A stretch of 8,177 nt of DNA, from assembly GCF_964204645.1 (NCBI RefSeq), contig NC_134026.1:31892068-31900244 (forward strand), given 5' to 3'. The DNA comes from Tubulanus polymorphus. Taxonomy: Eukaryota > Animalia > Nemertea. The notes beneath the pieces were generated by a model. The model did no database searches. It had not been told where the DNA came from and saw nothing but the letters and a program-made list of their open reading frames with translations. The translations under genes were made by a program, and so were the position numbers. This document shows positions 1 to 6,972 of the stretch, one piece after another (within the stretch, counting starts at the first letter, position 1; every line of letters begins with the position of its first letter).

Positions 1-110
1 TCAGAGTTTCAGATGTTCAAAGTTTGAGAGATTCAGAGTTTAAGATGTTCAGATTTTGAGAGTTTCAGATGTTCAGAGTTTGAGAGTTTCAGATATTCAG
101 AGTTTGAGTT
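1..110. repeat. Degenerate 8-bp tandem repeat TT(C/G)AGA(GT/TG) with a 24-bp higher-order unit (TTCAGATG-TTCAGAGT-TTGAGAGT); truncated by the window edge
   Basis: Seen: about 14 consecutive in-phase 8-mers (e.g. 64-71 ttcagatg, 72-79 ttcagagt, 80-87 ttgagagt, 88-95 ttcagata). Confidence 0.9.
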
Positions 111-213
111 TCACACTCCTCACTCCACATTATGTTTACATATAGCAGTTATGAATACAAAGATTATGAGACAATGTAAATATATAAACATATCCTAAAC
201 CCCTCTGATCTCT

Positions 214-2320
214 CTCCTGACAGCTCATCAGTACCACTGACTCCTCACTGACTCCTGACAGCTCATCAGTACCACCGACTCCTCACTGACTCCTGACAGC
301 TCATCAGTACCACCGACTCCTCACTGACTCCTGACAGCTCATCAGTACCACTGACTCCTCACTGACTCCTCACAGCTCATCAGTACCACCGACTCCTCAC
401 TGACTCCTGACAGCTCATCAGTACCACTGACTCCTCACTGACTCCTGACAGCTCATCAGTACCACTGACTCCTCACTGACTCCTGACAGCTCATCAGTAC
501 CACTGACTCCTCACTGACTCCTGACAGCTCATCAGTACCACTGACTCCTCACTGACTCCTGACAGCTCATCAGTACCACTGACTCCTCACTGACTCCTGA
601 CAGCTCATCAGTACCACTGACTCCTCACTGACTCCTCACAGCTCGTCAGTGCCACTGACTCCTCACTGACTCCTCACAGCTCATCAGTGCCACTGACTCC
701 TCACTGACTCCTGACAGGTCATCAGTACCACTGACTCCTGACAGCTCGTCAGTACCACTGACTCCTCACCGACTCCTGACAGCTCATCAGTACCACTGAC
801 TCCTCACTGACTCCTGACAGCTCATCAGTACCACTGACTCCTCACTGACTCCTGACAGCTCATCAGTACCACTGACTCCTCACTGACTCCTCACAGCTCA
901 TCAGTACCACTGACTCCTCACTGACTCCTGACAGCTCATCAGTACCACTGACTCCTCACTGACTCCTCACAGCTCGTCAGTGCCACTGACTCCTCACTGA
1001 CTCCTCACAGCTCATCAGTGCCACTGACTCCTCACTGACTCCTGACAGGTCATCAGTACCACTGACTCCTGACAGCTCGTCAGTACCACTGACTCCTCAC
1101 CGACTCCTGACAGCTCATCAGTACCACTGACTCCTCACTGACTCCTGACAGCTCATCAGTACCACTGACTCCTCACTGACTCCTGACAGCTCATCAGTAC
1201 CACTGACTCCTCACTGACTCCTGACAGCTCATCAGTACCACTGACTCCTCACTGACTCCTGACAGCTCATCAGTACCACTGACTCCTCACTGACTCCTCA
1301 CAGCTCATCAGTACCACTGACTCCTCACTGACTCCTGACAGCTCATCAGTACCACTGACTCCTCACTGACTCCTCACAGCTCATCAGTACCACTGACTCC
1401 TCACCGACTCCTGACAGCTCATCAGTACCACTGACTCCTCACTGACTCCTGACAGCTCATCAGTACCACTGACTCCTCACTGACTCCTGACAGCTCATCA
1501 GTACCACTGACTCCTCACTGACTCCTGACAGCTCATCAGTACCACTGACTCCTCACTGACTCCTGACAGCTCATCAGTACCACTGACTCCTCACTGACTC
1601 CTGACAGCTCGTCAGTGCCACTGACTCCTCACTGACTCCTGACAGGTCATCAGTACCACTGACTCCTGACAGCTCGTCAGTACCACTGACTCCTCACCGA
1701 CTCCTGACAGCTCATCAGTACCACTGACTCCTCACTGACTCCTGACAGCTCATCAGTACCACTGACTCCTCACTGACTCCTGACAGCTCATCAGTACCAC
1801 TGACTCCTCACTGACTCCTGACAGCTCATCAGTACCACTGACTCCTCACTGACTCCTGACAGCTCATCAGTACCACTGACTCCTCACTGACTCCTGACAG
1901 CTCATCAGTACCACTGACTCCTCACTGACTCCTGACAGCTCGTCAGTGCCACTGACTCCTCACTGACTCCTGACAGCTCATCAGTACCACTGTCTCCTCA
2001 CTGACTCCTGACAGCTCATCAGTACCACTGACTCCTCACTGACTCCTGACAGCTCATCAGTACCACTGTCTCCTCACTGACTCCTGACAGCTCGTCAGTA
2101 CCACTGACTCCTCACTGACTCCTGACAGCTCATCAGTACCACTGACTCCTCACCGACTCCTGACAGCTCATCAGTACCACTGACTCCACATTGAGTCCTG
2201 ACAGCTCATCAGTACCACTGACTCCACATTGAGTCCTGACAGCTCATCAGTACCACCGACTCCTCACTGACTCCTGACAGCTCATCAGTACCACTGACTC
2301 CACATTGAGTCCTGACAGCT
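214..2320. repeat. 38-bp minisatellite, consensus CTCCTGACAGCTCATCAGTACCACTGACTCCTCACTGA, 56 units plus a partial unit
   Basis: Seen: units counted by hand from 214. There are 53 units of 38 bp and three of 27 bp (708-734, 1039-1065, 1636-1662) that lack one copy of the internal 11-bp subrepeat CTCCTCACTGA. Most units equal the consensus. TGA occurs in every unit on both strands and 38 is not a multiple of 3, so no long ORF exists. Confidence 0.98.
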
Positions 2321-2562
2321 TCAGTGTACAATAATGTATAAAAACTATCGAGTATTGGATGTGTGGGTATATAGTTAGTAGTTGAGTGACCGACCTCTTA
2401 CACACACTCACCACACGTCCCTGTTTCACATACTTTACATATTTTTGGTTTATATTATGAGCACTTCATAATCAAGTTATACAAAAATTATCCAGCAACA
2501 ATTTATTCAAAAAGATCGATATATTATACTTGAGAGTGGGGAGAGTGAGGTTATTCGGTGCA

Positions 2563-2564
<2 letters not shown>

Positions 2565-2605
<41 letters not shown>

Positions 2606-2738
2606 TCTCCCTCTCTCCCTCTCTCCCTCTCTCCCTCTCTCCCTCTCTCCCTCTCTCCCTCTCTCCCTCTCTCCCTCTCTCCCTCTCTCCCTCTCTCCCT
2701 CTCTCCCTCCCTCCCTCTCTCCCTCCCTCCCTCCCTCC

Positions 2739-2777
<39 letters not shown>

Positions 2778-2782
2778 TCTCT
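2565..2782. repeat. Compound polypyrimidine microsatellite (CT)18-(CCCTCTCT)n-(CCCT)n-(CT)n
   Basis: Seen: about 218 bp of pure C/T on the + strand. It accounts for the Ser/Leu/Pro and Glu/Arg/Gly ORFs at 2530-2824. Confidence 0.97.
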
Positions 2783-2880
2783 AGCTCATTGGTACTCACT
2801 GTAGCTTATTGTAGCTCATTGTAGCTCACTGTAGCTCATTGTAGCTCACTGTAGCTCATTGTAGCTCACTGTTACTCACT
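2781..2880. repeat. 10-bp tandem repeat GTAGCTCA(T/C)T, 10 copies
   Basis: Seen: gtagctcatt and gtagctcact alternate over 2811-2870; the edge copies are degenerate. Confidence 0.95.
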
Positions 2881-3255
2881 TGCACATTAAAATGATATTA
2901 CATTTTTTAACATCGATAACAGTGTATTCTGAGATTCACGATAACCATAGTAACCACGGCGCTTGTTTTGACCTAGTACAGATGATAATTGGCGTACTTG
3001 CAGGTATTATAATGTTTATGTATATGGTTACTAAGCATTACGCAGCAGAGACATTTCAATTAGATTTTAAACTTAATTCACAAAGTACTTACAAGACGGA
3101 AATATAATTATCACATTCACATTAGTCTTCAGTTGATAATCATAAACAAACATTGAAACTAAGGAAGAAGTGGCGCGGCTAAACCTTCTGTTCTTACGGG
3201 TTATCAGTTGACAGTACATCTCACTGATATACATGTGTGAGTTTATACTGCTGTC

Positions 3256-3288
<33 letters not shown>

Positions 3289-3324
3289 TAAGGTATGTTA
3301 ATGATGATGATGATGATGATGATG
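3256..3324. repeat. Interrupted trinucleotide microsatellite (ATG)11-TAAGGTATGTTA-(ATG)8
   Basis: Seen directly; it produces the poly-Ile ORF on the minus strand. Confidence 0.97.
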
Positions 3325-3442
3325 AAAGCGATTGATAAAGGATTAGTTCTGCTCATTATTATTTTATTTATCGCATCATTGAACAATCTGTGATAGTGAT
3401 TTATCAAACTGTTTGTTATTAGTCTCTGATCTATACATGTAG

Positions 3443-3462
3443 ATATATATATATATATATAT
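3443..3462. repeat. (AT)10 microsatellite
   Basis: Seen directly. Confidence 0.95.
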
Positions 3463-3477
3463 CTGTGTATGTAGATC

Positions 3478-3578
3478 AAGAGGGAAATAGAGGAAAGAGA
3501 GGAGAGGGAAGAGGAAAGAAAGAGGAGAGGGGAGAGGAAAGAGAGAAGGGGAGAGTTGGGAGAGACTCTGAGAGGGGG
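3478..3578. repeat. Polypurine low-complexity tract with about three degenerate GAGGAAAGA...GGGA units
   Basis: Seen: almost only G/A from 3478 to 3555; GAGGAAAGA recurs three times at roughly 20-24 bp spacing. Confidence 0.85.
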
Positions 3579-3754
3579 TGGTGGAACGATCGAACTGTTT
3601 GTGTGTCGTGTGATTCATTCTATTCCTAGAGAACGAATGAACGAACATTAGACTTTGCTGCTACATTTACTCTTTATAAATGTTGTCATTAATCAGTACA
3701 AATGTCTCCCTCGGTTGTCGTTCGTGATGGCCTTCACCTTCTACACTGATCATC

Positions 3755-3777
3755 TATATATATATATATATATATAT
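3755..3777. repeat. (TA)11 microsatellite
   Basis: Seen directly. Confidence 0.95.
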
Positions 3778-3782
3778 TTTGT

Positions 3783-3957
3783 GTATATTTTGTGGGCCGG
3801 TTGGCGGTACAGTGCGGGTCAATCGGGCAGGTTTAATGGGAGGTATATTTTGTGGGCTGGTGGGCGGTACAGTGCGGGTCAACTGGGCAGGTTTAATGGG
3901 AGGTATATTTTGTGGGCTGGTGGGCGGTACAGTGCGGGTCAACTGGGCAGGTTTAAT
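3783..3957. repeat. 60-bp G-rich minisatellite, about 2.9 copies (GTATATTTTGTGGGCTGGTGGGCGGTACAGTGCGGGTCAACTGGGCAGGTTTAATGGGAG)
   Basis: Seen: copies start at 3783, 3843 and 3903. Copies 2 and 3 are identical over their shared length, and copy 1 differs at 4 positions. Confidence 0.97.
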
Positions 3958-4423
3958 CCTCAGTAATGTTGGCGTCACCAGTAATAATTAGAATGAGTTA
4001 ATCTCTTAATTGAATAGAAATGCAATCTTGTAGTTGCTCTGTATTGGATCCAGTTGTATGGGTTTACAGTAACTGGTTCTGCGGTTGTTGGAGTTTATTT
4101 TATTTATTCGATGAATTCAGTTCGTGGTGAAAAACCTGTGAATTACTGGTTAAAACCGAACAGTATGAAATTTATCGATAGTTAGCGTGAAATAAAAAAA
4201 CGTGGAACTGTCATCAAATATAGGAATAAATCAAATATAGAATCAATAATTACAGTTTATGTGGCGTAGGAATATCTGACATATTTATGATACGTATAAT
4301 ACAGATTATATATAAACAACAGACTGTCGTGAAATATGAATTTCTATTTGAATAATTATATATTATATATTCATATATTGAACTAAAGCGGATTAAATTC
4401 ATAGAATTTGAACACGTGCTTTA

Positions 4424-4650
4424 CCATCCCTCCCTCCCTCCCTCCCTCTCATCCCTCCCTCCCTCCCTCTCATCCCTCCCTCCATCTCCCTCCCTCTCAT
4501 CCCTCCCTCCATCTCCCTCCTCATCCCTCCCTCCATCCCTCTCATTCCTCCCTCCCTCCCTCTCATCCCTCCCTCCATCTCCCTCCTCCCTCTCAGTCCT
4601 CCATCCCTCCCTCCATCCCTCCATCTCCCTCCTCCCTCTCAGTCCTCCCT
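4424..4650. repeat. (CCCT)n-derived pyrimidine-rich repeat with a recurring 27-bp unit CCCTCCCTCTCATCCCTCCCTCCATCT
   Basis: Seen: exact 27-mers at 4461-4487, 4488-4514 and 4554-4580; a degenerate tail runs to about 4693. Confidence 0.93.
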
Positions 4651-4849
4651 TGACCCTTCCTCCCTCGTTCTATACCTCCCTTTACCTCCCTTTCACCATT
4701 TTCCTCGTTGTCTCTTGTTGAATAAAGAGGTGAATGGCTGCAATCATTGCTTGTGAAACCTTGAGAATGAAATAATAAATTAATAATTAATGGTGATTCA
4801 TTTCTAAATGAACAGATATATCTGATGTTGATGTATATTGAACCACTGC

Positions 4850-5144
4850 CGCCCGGGTACCGCCCACTGCTGTCCGGTAGCGCCCGGGTACCACCCACTG
4901 CTGTCCGGTAGCGCCCGGGTGCCGCCCACTGCTGTCCGGTAGCGCCCGGGTACCGCCCACTGCTGTCCGGTAGCGCCCGGGTACCGCCCACTGCTGTCCG
5001 GTAGCGCCCGGGTGCCGCCCACTGCTGTCCGGTAGCGCCCGGGTACCGCCCACTGCTGTCCGGTAGTGCCCGGGTGCCGCCCACTGCTGCCCGGTAGCGC
5101 CCGGGTACCGCCCACTGCTGTCCGGTAGCGCCCGGGTGCCGCCC
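4850..5144. repeat. 31-bp GC-rich (74%) minisatellite CGCCCGGGT(A/G)CCGCCCACTGCTGTCCGGTAG, 9.5 copies
   Basis: Seen: units at 4850, 4881, 4912, 4943, 4974, 5005, 5036, 5067, 5098 and a partial at 5129. Every unit has CCCGGG, and the consensus unit has 4 CpGs. Confidence 0.98.
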
Positions 5145-5523
5145 GGTGTCGCAATGCGTCATCATCGCTATTCTTAAAGTTTACAACATCCTGAAATAAA
5201 ATCAACCCGATCATCAATTCACCTCAATGGCCGCCGCTGCTGCTGTAGCTGTGATTGGAATGGATGTTTTTATGATTTTTCTGCGTTGTTGTCGTCAGAG
5301 TCGAGTGTGAAATCATAAGATAAACGATGACTCAGTGACATTTATTACCATGAATATTATGCAAGTTTTATGTTGGATTTGTATGGAAGCCATAGTTGTG
5401 ATGCGATACTATGCATCCATACAACGATGACAAATGGCCAATAATGTGAGATTTTATGGCTGAATGTCTACTCTCAGCTTTCAATAATCAGTTACCTACT
5501 CAAATTCCTATACTTATCCTCGG

Positions 5524-5698
5524 AACGTTCCAGTTAGGATTACCGAGTTGCAACACTCCGGTTAGGACTACCGAGTTGCAACGTTCCGGTTAGGACTACC
5601 GAGTTGCAACACTCCGGTTAGAACTACCGAGTTGCAACGTTCTAGTAAGGACTAGCACCTCCCTGGCACTACCGATCTCCCTGGCACTACCGAGTTGC
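5524..5698. repeat. 28-bp minisatellite AAC(GT/AC)TCCGGTTAGGACTACCGAGTTGC (4 full units plus a split fifth) with an embedded 18-bp-period duplication CTCCCTGGCACTACCGA
   Basis: Seen: units at 5524, 5552, 5580, 5608 and 5636; the duplicated 17-mer is at 5659-5675 and 5677-5693. Confidence 0.95.
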
Positions 5699-6957
5699 CT
5701 CATCAAGTATCTACCCTACAGCTCATTTACAAAAAGTAGGTCTCATTAGCATAATCACGTGATTAGAATAAACGTCCCGCATAAATTAACCCAGATATTT
5801 GTAGACCAGATTGTGTTCATTGAAATAGGTTATTAAACTTTTACCGATTAAAAAAAGTTTCACTTTTTTTAGATCCCCTTCGACAAATTCAACCCGACCT
5901 ACTTTTACCATTGATTCCTAATTTTTTATTTAAATGGTCATTTTTTCCTATTTTTTCTACCTTTTCCAAAATTTGCCTGTCCACTCATGAGAAAATATCG
6001 CAAATATTCTGAAATTCTTATATCAGTCAGTTTAACATCTGTAAATCCTAGGAATAATTTCTGGTGCTGTCACAGTAAGACGTCGATGTCAATATCTGCA
6101 CAAGTGTTACATGTTTTAATGCTGAAAGATGTTAGTGCATCATGTAACATTAGGGAATCTGTATTTTATAGATATTTCTTAGATTCACTGTAATTGGATT
6201 CAATTAATTCATAGCTCATTTTATTGCAGTAATTGTGACGAGAACAATTTCATGTAGTTTTACATCTTACTAAATTGAATGGATGAATTATTTTGTAAGC
6301 TACAGAAAAATAGGGGGTCTGGGCGTCCCCGGGAAATATTCACTCCATTTTTTAGACAGTTCATCGTTTCACGGGAAGCTTATCAATTTCAAACTGATAT
6401 TTCCCAGTTTGGAAATATTTGATCTATTTTCATCTAATCTGAGAAATATTTGGGAAATTCATTTTAAATTTCCCGTCGTATAGTGTGGGATGTAAATTGC
6501 CACCAGTGCGCACTTTTTATAGGTAATTTTTGTTGCGAATCAACTTCATCAACCATTCACCATAAACATGAACTTAACAAATAAATACTGTGTATAATAA
6601 AATTGAAGAAAAACCAACATTTGAATATTTCGACGTTTAAACTCAAATGCTACGAGCCACTTTCAAAACTGAGTCATTCTCAAATCTTGAAAATGGCTCA
6701 TAATCGAAACATCAAAATCCTGTTAGTTTCACTTTGTAAATATGGCTTTTTTCTTTGGATTTTATTCGTTCAGGATCTGTTATTGAAATGAAATCATCGA
6801 AATCTATTTTTGTCTAAAATATATGTTATTTTAGAATAGTTTAAAACGAATATTACACAGACATAAAGAGTTAAACCCTGAAGCTATCAGACGTCAGTGA
6901 CTGTTAGTTATTGATTGAATACTGTGAGGCTCGGTTTATGTTTTCCCAGGGTCCTGA

Positions 6958-6972
6958 ATCATCATCATCATC
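6958..6972. repeat. (ATC)5 microsatellite
   Basis: Seen directly. Confidence 0.85.

Noticed and set aside
214-2320. CRISPR array
   Set aside because: Units are head-to-tail with no unique spacers, there are no cas genes, and the context is eukaryote-like.
214-2320. Tandem hammerhead ribozymes: each unit has CTGATGA or CTGACGA on the minus strand, matching the CUGANGA core
   Set aside because: There is no GAAA core element after a stem II, and no stem I/III arrangement. Other CTGANGA hits on the minus strand (about 3126, 3957, 5292) also lack the fold.
2530-2824. Ser/Leu/Pro-rich and Glu/Arg/Gly-rich ORFs
   Set aside because: Read-through of the CT microsatellite on both strands.
3161-3210. 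tRNA-derived SINE head (TGGCGCGG box-A-like word inside a weak hairpin)
   Set aside because: No box B (GTTCRANNC) at a suitable distance and no cloverleaf.
3243-3648. Poly-Ile and Ser/Pro/Leu-rich minus-strand ORFs
   Set aside because: Translations of the (ATG)n, (AT)n and GA tracts, with no domain-like content.
3655-3991. ORFs with 20-aa repeats (YILWAGGRYSAGQLGRFNGR), superficially like an amidated neuropeptide precursor with Gly-Arg sites
   Set aside because: Three different frames are open simply because the unit is 60 bp. The ORF crosses a (TA)n tract, and it lacks dibasic sites, true RFG/LWG motifs and an ATG-initiated signal peptide.
4408-4721. Pro/Ser/Leu/His extensin-like ORFs
   Set aside because: Artefact of the (CCCT)n-derived tract, which is open in several frames.
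4593-5217. 190-, 137- and 88-aa minus-strand ORFs
   Set aside because: The 31-bp unit has no stop codon on the minus strand, so all three frames give the same cyclic peptide. The flanks are not protein-like.
5524-5698. Mini-CRISPR (28-bp repeats with GTTGCAAC dyad)
   Set aside because: No spacers; the whole period is repeated.
5987-6791. Three 62-68 aa ORFs (and the 75-aa ORF at 2880-3107)
   Set aside because: Short, AT-rich codon content and no recognisable motif; consistent with chance.
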